From assembly GCA_036556205.1 (NCBI GenBank), contig DATBJW010000015.1, positions 9,674 through 73,673 of the forward strand: DNA of 64,000 nucleotides. The letters are read 5' to 3'. Both the position numbers and the translations under genes were made by a program. Origin of the DNA: Gemmatimonadota bacterium. Its GTDB lineage: Bacteria; Gemmatimonadota; Gemmatimonadetes; JACCXV01. The notes below the pieces were generated by a model. The model was not told where the DNA came from and did no database searches. It was given only the letters and a program-made list of their open reading frames with translations. Position 1 is the stretch's first letter. Each line of letters starts with the position of its first letter. Shown here piece by piece: positions 50,743 through 60,922 of this stretch.

Positions 50743-50805
50743 GGGCGGCACCGGAAGAGGTCGTGGCGACACAACAAATATACGTGCCAGGCCCCCGCAT
50801 GTTCC

Positions 50806-52152
50806 ATGAGGATGCGACCGGCCTCCCCGGGAGACCTTTTTCCAGCCCGCCGCGGGGGGGCGGTCCGCTGGCGCCACCCTCCCGGCGACCCCATTTTGGG
50901 CCGCGTGACCAACCCCCTCGCGCCCGGCGCGGCACTCGTGGCGGCGCTCTGCCTGGCCGCCCCCGCGCGCCCCGCGCTCGCCCAGGCCAATGCGCTCGTC
51001 TCTCAGGCGCGCGAAGTCCAGCGCGCCGTCGAGGAGATCCGCGAGCTCGCCTTTCAGCACGCCGTGCCCATGCAGGTCGCCGACCGCGCGGCCATCCGCG
51101 CCTACGCCGTGGCACGGCTGGATCACGAGTACTCGCCCGCCGAGTTCCGCGCCAAGTCGGAGTCGCTCATCGCCTGGGGCTTCGTCCAGCGTCCCTTCGA
51201 CATGCGGACCTTCTACGAGGAGCTGCTCTCGGAGCAGATCGGGGGCTACTACGACCCCTTCCAGGGCGTGTTCTTCATCGCCGACTGGCTTCCGGCCATG
51301 CTCCAGAAGCCGATCATGGCTCACGAGCTGACCCACGCGCTGCAGGACCAGCACTTCCAGCTCCGGCCGCTCCTGCTGGGCGTCAAGTCGAACGACGACG
51401 CCTCGCTCGCGGGCACGGCGGTCGTCGAGGGCGAGGGCCTGGCGGTCATGATCGACTACGCGCTGCGTCCGGTCGGAATCGTTTTCGAGAGCGTCCCGAA
51501 CCTGGAGTCGCTGATCGACAGCCGCTTCCCGGCCGACAGCGCCGGGTACAGGGTCTTCGCGAGCGCCCCGCCGCTCGTCAAGCAGACGCTGCTCTTCCCC
51601 TACCTGCAGGGGCTCCTGTTCGTGCGCGCCGCCAAGCTGCACGGCGGCTGGCCCGCCGTCTCCGCGCTCTACGACTCGCTGCCCGCCTCGACGGAGGAGG
51701 TGCTGTGGCCGGAGCGGTACTTCGAGACGCGCGACCGTCCGACCCCCGTGACGCTCCCGGACCTGGCTCACGTGCTGGGGTCGGGCTGGCGGCATCTCGA
51801 CACGAACGTGCTGGGAGAGCTCGCCGTCAGGGTGATGCTCGAGCGGGCGCTTCCGACCGCCGAGGCCCTGGAGGCGGCGCGGGGATGGGACGGCGACCGC
51901 TACGACCTGTACGAACGGCGGCGGGGCGAGACGGCGCTGGTGAGCGTCTCGGTCTGGGATACGGAGGCCGACGCCGAGGACTTCGAGCGCGGCTGGCGGC
52001 GGGTGCTCGAGGCCGATCCCGGAACGCGCGGGGCCTACGCTCTCCGGCGCGACGGAGCCGGGGTGACGGGCCTGCTCCATGTGCCGGGCGGCAAGGTCGA
52101 AGCGGTCTTCCGCGCCCTCGCCAAGCACGCGCCCGTGGCGGCCGTTCCGTGA
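50806..52152 (+). CDS. Putative secreted zinc metallopeptidase (HExxH)
   Basis: Signal-like APGAALVAALCLAAPARPALAQA. Motif IMAHELTHALQDQ, with downstream VVEGEG as a possible third ligand. Family not assigned. The start may be GTG 50905. Confidence 0.55.
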   Translation: MRMRPASPGDLFPARRGGAVRWRHPPGDPILGRVTNPLAPGAALVAALCLAAPARPALAQANALVSQAREVQRAVEEIRELAFQHAVPMQVADRAAIRAYAVARLDHEYSPAEFRAKSESLIAWGFVQRPFDMRTFYEELLSEQIGGYYDPFQGVFFIADWLPAMLQKPIMAHELTHALQDQHFQLRPLLLGVKSNDDASLAGTAVVEGEGLAVMIDYALRPVGIVFESVPNLESLIDSRFPADSAGYRVFASAPPLVKQTLLFPYLQGLLFVRAAKLHGGWPAVSALYDSLPASTEEVLWPERYFETRDRPTPVTLPDLAHVLGSGWRHLDTNVLGELAVRVMLERALPTAEALEAARGWDGDRYDLYERRRGETALVSVSVWDTEADAEDFERGWRRVLEADPGTRGAYALRRDGAGVTGLLHVPGGKVEAVFRALAKHAPVAAVP

Positions 52153-53507
52153 CCGGCCGCCGGGTCGCCCTCGCGCTGGCCGCCTGCCTGCTCGGCGTCC
52201 CCGGCGCCGGCCACGCGCAGGGGGTGGGCGAGCGCTTCACGCTCGCGGCCGGAGCGCGCGACCTCTCCCTCGACGAGGCGGTCTCGATCGCCCTCGAGGA
52301 CAATCCGGACGTCCGCTCCTCGCGCTTCCGCTTCGACGCCACCCGGGCCGGCCTGTGGGAGGCGTACGGCAACTTCCTGCCGCGGCTGAACCTGTTCGGG
52401 GCGATCCAGAAGAGCGGCGCCGGCCAGTTCGTGGTGGGCGGCATCACGGTCCCCAACCCGCAGACCTACACCACCTTCTACGAGTTCGACTTCACGCACC
52501 GTCTGTTCGACGCCGGGCGCGACTTCTTCCGGGTGGACATCGCGCACGCGGAGCGCCGGGCGGCCGACGCGCAGCTCGAGGCCGACCGGCTGCGCATCGC
52601 GAGCGACGTCAAGCGCGCGTACGTGGCCGCTCTCGCGGCCGAGGCCCTGCGGCAGGAGCGCGAGCAAGAGATCGAGGAGCGCAAGACGCGGCTGGAGCTG
52701 GCCCGCGCGCGCTTCGACCTGGGCTCCGTGACGCGCTCCGACGTGCTCCAGGCGCAGATCGCCGTCTCGCAGGCCGAGGTGGACCGCGTGAATGCCCAGA
52801 AGGAGGTCCAGACCGCCAAGCTCGATCTGCTGCGCACGATGGGCGTCAGCGCGGATCCCGACTCCGTGCGGCTGGCGCAGGGACTGGCGGTCTTCGAGCC
52901 CACCTGGGACGCGGACTCGCTGGTGACGCTGGCGTTGACCGAGAACCCGGCCCTCACCCGCCTGCGCGCCCTGCGCGACCAGCGCGACAGCGAGAACTGG
53001 ATCGCCAAGACCTCCTACCTCCCCACTCTGGAGGCTGGCGCCTCGTTCTCGCACAGCGTGTCGGACACGACCGAGCTCCTGTTCCAGGATTTCGAGTACC
53101 GGTCCTTCTACAGCCTGAGCCTGAACTGGGAGCTCTTCGGCGGCTTCTCGCGCATGAACGAGACGAGCCGCGCGAAGGCCGAGCTGCGCGCCGCCGAGGA
53201 GGCGCTGCGGGGAGGCGAGCTGGCCACCGAGGCCGATGTGCGCCAGGCGCACTTGAACCTGCTCGCGGCCTACCAGACGCATCTGGCCAGGAAGGCGAGC
53301 GTGGAGCTGGCGCGGACGGAGCTGGACCTGGCGCAGGAGCGCTACCGCATCGGCGCGCTCTCGTTCCCGGACCTGCTGGCCTCGCAGGTCACGCTGACGA
53401 TCGCCGAAACGGACTTCATCCGCTCGGGCTTCGACTTCTTCACGGCCCTGATCGCGCTCGAGGAAGCCTCCGGCCAGGCGCTGGTTCCCTCCCGGACGGC
53501 ACCATGA
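52149..53507 (+). CDS. TolC-family outer membrane efflux protein
   Basis: GTG 52149 overlaps the previous stop (GTGA). Signal peptide ALALAACLLGVPGAGHAQ. Typical LSLDEAVSIALEDNPD start and two coiled repeat halves. Confidence 0.88.
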   Translation: MTGRRVALALAACLLGVPGAGHAQGVGERFTLAAGARDLSLDEAVSIALEDNPDVRSSRFRFDATRAGLWEAYGNFLPRLNLFGAIQKSGAGQFVVGGITVPNPQTYTTFYEFDFTHRLFDAGRDFFRVDIAHAERRAADAQLEADRLRIASDVKRAYVAALAAEALRQEREQEIEERKTRLELARARFDLGSVTRSDVLQAQIAVSQAEVDRVNAQKEVQTAKLDLLRTMGVSADPDSVRLAQGLAVFEPTWDADSLVTLALTENPALTRLRALRDQRDSENWIAKTSYLPTLEAGASFSHSVSDTTELLFQDFEYRSFYSLSLNWELFGGFSRMNETSRAKAELRAAEEALRGGELATEADVRQAHLNLLAAYQTHLARKASVELARTELDLAQERYRIGALSFPDLLASQVTLTIAETDFIRSGFDFFTALIALEEASGQALVPSRTAP

Positions 53508-54775
53508 CGCACAAACGCCGGTACTGGATCGGAGGCGGGACGCTGCTCCTGCTGGCGGCCGTGGCCGCGGTCGTCGTCGCGCGACGGCGGGCCGCCGACA
53601 CGGTGAAGGTCGAGGTGGAGTCGCTCCAGCGCCGGCCCCTGGTGGCCGTCGTGACCGCCTCCGGCGAGATCCAGCCCGTCAAGTCGGTGAACGTGAACGC
53701 CAACGTGAATGGAACCGTGGACACGGTCGCGGTGAAAGAAGGTCAGGCCGTCGAGCAGGGCGACCTGCTGCTGCGGATCGACCCCATCCCCGCCGAAGCC
53801 GCCGCCGAGGCTCAGGCGGCCCAGGTGCGCTCGAGCGAGGGGGACGTGGAGGCCCTGCGCGCGGACCTCGCGCAGGCCCAGCGCGATCTGGAGCGCGGGC
53901 GCCAGCTCGCCTCGCGCGATCTGATCTCCAAGGAGGAGCTGCAGCGCCTCGAGACGACCCGGGCCCAGGCGCGGGCCCGCCTCTCGGCCGCGCAGGCGCG
54001 CGTGGAGTCGGCCCGCGCGAGCCTCAAGAGCAGCCAGCACGAGCTGTCCAAGGTCACGGTCACGGCACCCGCCTCGGGTGTGATCACGCGACTCGACGTC
54101 GAGCAGGGGGAGTTCGCCTTCACGGGTCTCAACCCCACCCTGCTGCTCACGATCGCCAACCTCTCGACGCTGCAGGCGGAGATCGAGGTGGACGAGACCG
54201 ACGTCGTCAACGTTCAGCCCGGGCAGCCGGCCAGGGTCACGGTGGACGCCTTCCCCGACACGACCTTCACCGGCGAGGTCACCGAAGTGGGAACGAGTCC
54301 CATCGTCAAGGCCGGCGCCGAGGCGACGCGGGAGGACGAGGAGGTGAAGGACTTCAAGGTCGTGGTGACGCTGAACCAGTCGCTCCCGGCCGTGCGCGCC
54401 GGTCTCTCGGCGACCGCCGACATCGAGACCGCGCGACGGGAGAGCGCGCTGGCCCTGCCCATCCAGTCGCTGGTCGTCCGCGAGCAGCCCCGGCCGAAGA
54501 TCGGCGAGGCTCCGCCGGACACGCTGGGCCCCGGTGAGGAGACGGAGGGCGTGTTCGTCGTGCGCGCGGGGCATGCCCGCTTCGTCCCCGTGCGCGTGGG
54601 GATCGCGGGCGACCGCTTCTTCGAGGTCCTGAGCGGCGTCCAGCCCGGCGACAGCGTGGTGACCGGCAGCTACGAAGCGCTGCGCGAGCTCGAGGACGGC
54701 GATCGGATCAAGATCGAGAAGCCCGAAGCCAAGAAGGATCACCGCCGGGGCGTGGCCGAGGCGCAGGCGGGCTGA
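53504..54775 (+). CDS. Periplasmic adaptor (HlyD/MacA-type membrane fusion protein)
   Basis: ATGA overlap. N-terminal anchor, lipoyl-like hairpin (VNANVNGTVDTVAVKEGQAVEQGDLLLRID), coiled coil, and ITAPASG-like VTAPASGVITRL. Confidence 0.88.
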   Translation: MTHKRRYWIGGGTLLLLAAVAAVVVARRRAADTVKVEVESLQRRPLVAVVTASGEIQPVKSVNVNANVNGTVDTVAVKEGQAVEQGDLLLRIDPIPAEAAAEAQAAQVRSSEGDVEALRADLAQAQRDLERGRQLASRDLISKEELQRLETTRAQARARLSAAQARVESARASLKSSQHELSKVTVTAPASGVITRLDVEQGEFAFTGLNPTLLLTIANLSTLQAEIEVDETDVVNVQPGQPARVTVDAFPDTTFTGEVTEVGTSPIVKAGAEATREDEEVKDFKVVVTLNQSLPAVRAGLSATADIETARRESALALPIQSLVVREQPRPKIGEAPPDTLGPGEETEGVFVVRAGHARFVPVRVGIAGDRFFEVLSGVQPGDSVVTGSYEALRELEDGDRIKIEKPEAKKDHRRGVAEAQAG

Positions 54776-54778
54776 GCC

Positions 54779-55474
<696 letters not shown>

Positions 55475-55484
55475 CCGGTCTTCC

Positions 55485-56429
55485 CTATTCCCCCTGCGGA
55501 GGGGTCGCCACCTCCCGAGCGCGGCCTTCCGCCGCCGGCCCGGCGCGGACCTTCCGCACCAGCGCCACCCCGCCCAAGATGGCCGCCGTTCCCGCCGGGT
55601 GGAGCCACGTCGGCCGCTCTCCCAGCGTGACCCACGCGATCAGGAGCGCCGCCACCGGGATCGTGTTCGAGATGACGGCCGTGCGGCTGCTCCCCACGCG
55701 CTCCACGCTGGCGTACCAGAGGACGTAGGCGACCGCGATCGAGAGCAGCCCGCTGAAGATCAGCGCCGCCCACGCGGCCGGCCGCACCCGCGACCAGTCC
55801 TGAGCCGCGAGCGCCGGCAGCGAGACCGCGAGCAGACCCGCCGTGCCGATCCAGAGCGTGGCCGCGGTCACGGGCAGGGCGCCGTAGCGCCTCACGAGCC
55901 CGCTCGAGCCCACCGTATAGGCCGACCAGGCGACCGCGGCGACCAGCATCGTCGCGTCGCCGCGCAGCGTGGCGGTGCCAAACCGCACCGCCTTGGCGCC
56001 CCCCAGGACGACGAGCGCGATGCCCGCGACCGAGAGCGCCACCCCTACCCAGGCGGCCGGGCCCGGCTCCTCGTGCCGCAGGCCCGTCGAGAGCAGCATC
56101 ACGAAGACGGGCGTCGTCGAGAGCAGCAGCGACGCGTTCCCGGCCAGGGTCCAGTCCAGGCCGTAGATGAAGAGGATCTGATAGACGGTGTTGCCGAGGA
56201 GCCCCAGGGCGACGAGGCCCCTCCAGTGCCGGGGCTCGAAGCCGAGCCGGGCGTGGGTGCCGCGCAGGAAGGCCAGGAGCGCCACCGAGGCCACGAGGAA
56301 GCGCAGTGCGTTGAAGGCCAGCGGGTGGAACTCGGCGAGCGCGGCCTTCACGACCGAGAAGTTGGCCGCCCAGATGAAGACCAGGAGCCACAGGCTGAGC
56401 GTTTCTCGCGAGGGCCGCCGCAGGCGCAC
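55485..56429 (-). CDS. EamA/DMT-family transporter
   Basis: Trimmed to in-frame GTG 56429 (VRLRRPSRETLSLWLLVFIWAANFSVVK). Ten hydrophobic segments in two EamA halves. Confidence 0.8.
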   Translation of the reverse strand: MRLRRPSRETLSLWLLVFIWAANFSVVKAALAEFHPLAFNALRFLVASVALLAFLRGTHARLGFEPRHWRGLVALGLLGNTVYQILFIYGLDWTLAGNASLLLSTTPVFVMLLSTGLRHEEPGPAAWVGVALSVAGIALVVLGGAKAVRFGTATLRGDATMLVAAVAWSAYTVGSSGLVRRYGALPVTAATLWIGTAGLLAVSLPALAAQDWSRVRPAAWAALIFSGLLSIAVAYVLWYASVERVGSSRTAVISNTIPVAALLIAWVTLGERPTWLHPAGTAAILGGVALVRKVRAGPAAEGRAREVATPPQGE

Positions 56430-56608
56430 TTCGGGTCCCTTCCGTGTCAGGTTTCGCGGCACCCGCCGCGAGGCCCCGGACGATGTCCCGGCGCCCGAGT
56501 GTCGCGCAATTGTTGTGGCCGCGGGCGGCCGCTGTCCCGGCTCGCGGGCTCCGTGTAGCTTTGGTGGAACGGCGCTGACCGGCCTCCGGCGGCGGCGCGC
56601 CTCTGCGA

Positions 56609-57784
56609 TTGGACTCTGAAATGACCGGCATCTACCTGGATCACAACGCCACGACCCCGACCGCCCCCGAGGTGGTCGCGGCCATGCTGCCCTACTTCGG
56701 GGAGCGGTTCGGCAACGCCTCGAGCGTGCACGCCGTGGGGCGCGAGGCGCGCTCGGCCGTGGACGAGGCGCGCCGGGCCGTGGCCGAGCTCGCGGGCTCC
56801 GCACCCGACGAGGTCGTGTTCACGAGCGGGGGAACCGAGAGCGACAACCTGGCCCTGCGCGGCGTCATGACGCGCGCGGCCGCGCGCGGCCGCGACGTCC
56901 TGGTCGTCTCGGCGATCGAGCACCCGGCGGTGCTGCGCGCCGCCGAGCAGCTCGCGAAGGAGGGCGTGCGGGTGGTGCTCTTGCCGGTGGACGGCGACGG
57001 CGTGGTTCGCGTCACCGACCTGCGCGACGCCCTCGCCTCGCATACGGTGGGGCTGGTCTCGATCATGACCGCCAACAACGAGACGGGGAGCCTCCAGCCG
57101 GTGGCCGAGCTGGCCGCCGCCTCTCGCGAGGCCGGAGCGCCGTTCCACACCGACGCCGTGCAGGCCGCGGGCAAGGTCCCGCTCGCGTTCGCTGCCCACG
57201 ACATCGACCTGATGTCGCTCTCGGCCCACAAGTTCTACGGACCGATGGGTGTCGGAGCCCTGATCGTGCGCCGGGGACTGCGCGTCTCGCCCACCGCTCT
57301 CGGCGGCAAGCAGGAGAAGACCCGCCGCGCCGGCACCGAGAACCTGCCCGCGATCGTGGGCATGGGCGTTGCCGCCCGGACGGCGCTGGCCGAGCTCGCC
57401 ACCGAGCCCGCGCGTCTGGCGGCGCTCAAGCGCCAGCTCTGGGAAGGCATCTCGCGCTCGATTCCCGGCGCTCACTTGAACGGCGCGCTGGAGCGCACGC
57501 TGCCCTCCACGCTGAACGTCTCCTTCGAGGGCGTGGACGGTGAGGCGCTGATCCTGGGCCTGGACCTGGAGGGCATCCGTGTCTCCTCGGCCTCGGCCTG
57601 CTCCTCGGGATCGGTCGAGCCCTCCCACGTCCTGACCGCGATGGGACGCGACTTCGACCTGGCCCGATCCTCGGTCCGCATCAGCCTCGGGCGCTCGAAC
57701 GACCGCGCCCAGATCGAGCGCGTGCTCCAGGTCTTGCCTCAGGTCGTCGCTCGCATCCGCTCGATCGCGCTGGTGAGCCCGTGA
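56609..57784 (+). CDS. iscS: Cysteine desulfurase (NifS/IscS class)
   Basis: IYLDHNATTP, GGTESDN, PLP lysine SAHKFYGP and active-site SSASACSSGS. Confidence 0.92.
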   Translation: MDSEMTGIYLDHNATTPTAPEVVAAMLPYFGERFGNASSVHAVGREARSAVDEARRAVAELAGSAPDEVVFTSGGTESDNLALRGVMTRAAARGRDVLVVSAIEHPAVLRAAEQLAKEGVRVVLLPVDGDGVVRVTDLRDALASHTVGLVSIMTANNETGSLQPVAELAAASREAGAPFHTDAVQAAGKVPLAFAAHDIDLMSLSAHKFYGPMGVGALIVRRGLRVSPTALGGKQEKTRRAGTENLPAIVGMGVAARTALAELATEPARLAALKRQLWEGISRSIPGAHLNGALERTLPSTLNVSFEGVDGEALILGLDLEGIRVSSASACSSGSVEPSHVLTAMGRDFDLARSSVRISLGRSNDRAQIERVLQVLPQVVARIRSIALVSP

Positions 57785-58995
57785 TCCGCCCCGCCGGCTC
57801 CAACCACCGGCCCGACCGGGGTCCGCTCCCGGCCGCCAGGGGGATTGCGGTCTCCGCGCTGCCCGACGTGCGCGGCCGCCGCGTGGTCGTCGCCATGAGC
57901 GGCGGCGTGGACAGCTCGGTGGCGGCCGCTCTCCTGGCCCGCGCGGGGGCGGAGGTCGTGGGCGTCACCATGAAGAACTTCTGCTACTCGCGGCTGCCCG
58001 AGGAGTCGGCGGCGGCGAGCTGCTGCTCGCTGGAGGCCATCGAGGACGCGCGCCGTGTGGCCGCCCGGATCGGCTTCCCGCATTACGTGCTCGACTTCGA
58101 GGAGGTCTTCGGGCGCGCCGTGATCGACGACTTCGTCGCCGAGTACGCGGCCGGCCGCACGCCCAACCCCTGCGTGCGCTGCAACCGGCTGGTGCGCTTC
58201 CCGCACCTGCACGCCCGGGCGCAGGCGCTGGGGGCGGACCTGGTGGCCACAGGACACTACGCGCGCATGGTTCGCGGCGCCGGGGGCCGCCCGCGGCTCT
58301 TGCGCGGCGCCGATCCGGACAAGGACCAGGCCTACTACCTCTGGGGGATCACGCGGAAGCTGCTCGACCGCACCCTCTTCCCCGTGGGCCATCTCACCAA
58401 GCGGGCGGTGCGCGCGGTCGCGGCCGAGCTCGGGCTCGAGGTGGCCTCGAAGCCCGAGAGCATGGAGGTCTGCTTCATCCCCGACGGTGACGTGCGCGGG
58501 TTCCTCGAGCGCGAGGCGGCCGCGCGGGAGATGTCGCCCGCAGCGCTCGCGCGCCTGCGGCCGGGGCCCGTCGTCTCGACCTCGGGCGAGGTCCTGGGCG
58601 AGCACCCGGGCAGCGCCTTCTTCACGATCGGCCAGCGCCGGGGCCTGGGCGTGGCGGCCGGAGCCCCGCGCTACGTGGTGGCGCTCCGGGACGCGAACAC
58701 GGTCGTGCTCGGCGAGCGCGACGAGCTCCTGGCCGACCGCTTCGAGCTGGAGCAGGTCAGCTGGATCGCGGGCTCGGCTCCCGACGGCGGCCAGGCCGGA
58801 GACGTCCTGGTCCAGATCCGCCATCGCCAGCGCCCGGTCCGCGCGCGGGTGATCCCGCGCGGGACGGCCGGAGCCGCCGGAGCCACTGTCGAGCTGGCCG
58901 AGCCCCTGCGAGCCGTGGCACCCGGCCAGTCGGCCGTCGTCTACCGCGGGGATGAGGTGCTGGGGGGCGGGGTGATCCGGAGCGCGCTCGGCTGA
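57781..58995 (+). CDS. mnmA: tRNA 2-thiouridine(34) synthase MnmA
   Basis: GTGA overlap with iscS. PP-loop VAMSGGVDSSVAA, NPCVRCN and GHYAR. The true start may be slightly downstream. Confidence 0.92.
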   Translation: MIRPAGSNHRPDRGPLPAARGIAVSALPDVRGRRVVVAMSGGVDSSVAAALLARAGAEVVGVTMKNFCYSRLPEESAAASCCSLEAIEDARRVAARIGFPHYVLDFEEVFGRAVIDDFVAEYAAGRTPNPCVRCNRLVRFPHLHARAQALGADLVATGHYARMVRGAGGRPRLLRGADPDKDQAYYLWGITRKLLDRTLFPVGHLTKRAVRAVAAELGLEVASKPESMEVCFIPDGDVRGFLEREAAAREMSPAALARLRPGPVVSTSGEVLGEHPGSAFFTIGQRRGLGVAAGAPRYVVALRDANTVVLGERDELLADRFELEQVSWIAGSAPDGGQAGDVLVQIRHRQRPVRARVIPRGTAGAAGATVELAEPLRAVAPGQSAVVYRGDEVLGGGVIRSALG

Positions 58996-59023
58996 GAGCG
59001 CTGGCGGCGACCGTCGGGGAGAA

Positions 59024-59089
59024 GCCGGCGGCAGTCTCGCCTGGCGAGCCGTTGGTTTTCCTCGGCACGCGGGCGAGACTGCCGCCGGC
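59024..59089. terminator. Perfect 18-bp inverted repeat between convergent genes (possible bidirectional terminator)
   Basis: GCCGGCGGCAGTCTCGCC (59024-59041) and GGCGAGACTGCCGCCGGC (59072-59089), separated by a 30-nt loop. No clear U-tract. Confidence 0.45.
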
Positions 59090-59122
59090 ATGTCGCAAAC
59101 GGTCGGCTTCGGGACGGCGGGC

Positions 59123-60922
59123 CTAGCTCGGCTCCAGCAGACAGTTCGCATCCACCAGGATGAGCTTCTCCGTCTCGAGGGCGGCGCAGCGCTCCGCCAT
59201 CCCCTCGAGCGCCGGCCTCTCCCCCCGCTCCATCCGTGACGCGAGCTCCTCCACCAGCGGACGGTACTGCCGCACCCACGAGTCCCGCAGCAGCCAGCGC
59301 GGCCTGAACGACCAGCGGTCGAGCAGGATGAAGTCCACCCCGCTCGCGCGGATGTACTCGCGCAGCACGCGCGGGTCCTCCGCGTACTCCGCCCGCAGCA
59401 GGTCCAGGACGCGGCGCCGGAACGGCTCGTAGTAGCCGAGCTGATAGGGGATCGCGAAGAGCGGCCCGGCCGTGACCGATCGCCGGGCGAAGGTCGGAAG
59501 GTTGTCGGCCTCGGGCGAGAGCGTCGCCACGAGCGCGTCTTTCGGCTGCGCGGCGAGGTAGCGATAGAGCGCGGGCGACTCGCCAGCCACGTAGGATCCT
59601 CCCGGGCGCTGAAAGAAGGGCGTCAGGATGAAGGCGGTGGCCGCAGCGGCCGCGGCGAGGAGCGCCGCCATACGGCCGGGGCCGCGGCGTGGAAGGCGCC
59701 GCAGGAGAGCATCCCCGAGGATCGTCCAGGTCGCGGCACTCGCCGCGGCCAGCACCACGCGCGCGCTGAAGCGCGAGTACCGGCTCGGCAGGTGCAACTC
59801 GAAGAGCAGCGCGTGGGCGGCGGCGAAGAGGAGCAGCGAAGCCAGACCCGCTCGCAGCAGGACGCCCGCCGTCGGGGTCACGCGCGAGACCAGCGGGAAG
59901 GTCCGGCTCGCCGCACCGGGGAACGCGCGGCGCACGGCCAGCAGGACCGGCAGCAGCAGCCCGCCCCACAGCATCGGCCGTCCGGCGTACACGTAGGGCC
60001 CGGCCGCGCGGAAGAATTTCGCCAGGAAGCCGCTCCGCATGTCGTTCACCCAGCGGTCCACCGCACTCTCGTGAAGGTCGAAGAAGGGCGCGCGCCCGCC
60101 CGCGAAGAACTCGGGCATGCGTCGCGCGGCTTCGGCGGTGACGGTGGGGCCGTAGCGCGAGGCGGAGAGCGCGAAGGGCAGCACGCTGGCGGCGGCGGTC
60201 GCGAGCCCGGCCGCGCAAAGGAGCCAGTCCGAGCGCTCCCGCGAGAGGCGCGGCCGGCCGCCCTCGAGACGCACGAGGCCCAGGACGAGCGTGCCGCAGG
60301 AGACGAGCAGGACGTGCGGATAGACGAGTCCCTGCAAGGCCAGGCAGACGAGTGACGCCTTCTTCGCGCCGCGAGCCAGGTAGTAGAGGAAGGCGGCGAG
60401 GAGCGGGACCGCGAAGGAGTGCGGCGAGCCGGCCGGCAGCTCGTCGGTGAGCCAGAGCTGCTGGCTCAGGAAGAGCGCCGCGGTGAAGGCCGCGACGGGG
60501 CTGGGCAGGACGCGCGCGGCGAGCCCGAACGCGTAGCCCGCGGATACGACCGCGAGCGGCAGGGGCAGCAGCTTTCCGAAGACCACGGGGTCCAGGCCCG
60601 CCGCCGCCGCGGCGCGGTAGAGGAGCGCGTAGCCGGCCGGTGCCACGTCCTGGAAGTAGTCCGCGATCGGGTCGTGCGGGAAGAGTGCCGGATCCACGAA
60701 GCGCCGCGTCCAGAACGCGTGCTGGCGCGCGTCGTCCTGAACCACGTAGGGGCCGCTGAAGGCCACCCGCAGGTCGGGCGCGCCGTAGAGTGCGGCCAGC
60801 GCGAGCGCCAGCCCGAACGCCGCGCCCCAGGCCACGCGCCGCGATCCTGCCGGCGCAGCCCGGAGCGCGCGCCGCGACCACGCGGGAGCGGGTCCTGCGG
60901 CGCCACTCACCTCAGCAGGCAC
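59123..60922 (-). CDS. Polytopic membrane protein, paralog 1 of 3 (GT-C glycosyltransferase-like architecture; family unknown)
   Basis: 599 aa. About 11-13 hydrophobic segments, an acidic first-loop motif YVVQDDARQH, and a roughly 150-aa soluble C-terminal domain with a conserved Cys pair. Confidence 0.8.
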   Translation of the reverse strand: MPAEVSGAAGPAPAWSRRALRAAPAGSRRVAWGAAFGLALALAALYGAPDLRVAFSGPYVVQDDARQHAFWTRRFVDPALFPHDPIADYFQDVAPAGYALLYRAAAAAGLDPVVFGKLLPLPLAVVSAGYAFGLAARVLPSPVAAFTAALFLSQQLWLTDELPAGSPHSFAVPLLAAFLYYLARGAKKASLVCLALQGLVYPHVLLVSCGTLVLGLVRLEGGRPRLSRERSDWLLCAAGLATAAASVLPFALSASRYGPTVTAEAARRMPEFFAGGRAPFFDLHESAVDRWVNDMRSGFLAKFFRAAGPYVYAGRPMLWGGLLLPVLLAVRRAFPGAASRTFPLVSRVTPTAGVLLRAGLASLLLFAAAHALLFELHLPSRYSRFSARVVLAAASAATWTILGDALLRRLPRRGPGRMAALLAAAAAATAFILTPFFQRPGGSYVAGESPALYRYLAAQPKDALVATLSPEADNLPTFARRSVTAGPLFAIPYQLGYYEPFRRRVLDLLRAEYAEDPRVLREYIRASGVDFILLDRWSFRPRWLLRDSWVRQYRPLVEELASRMERGERPALEGMAERCAALETEKLILVDANCLLEPS

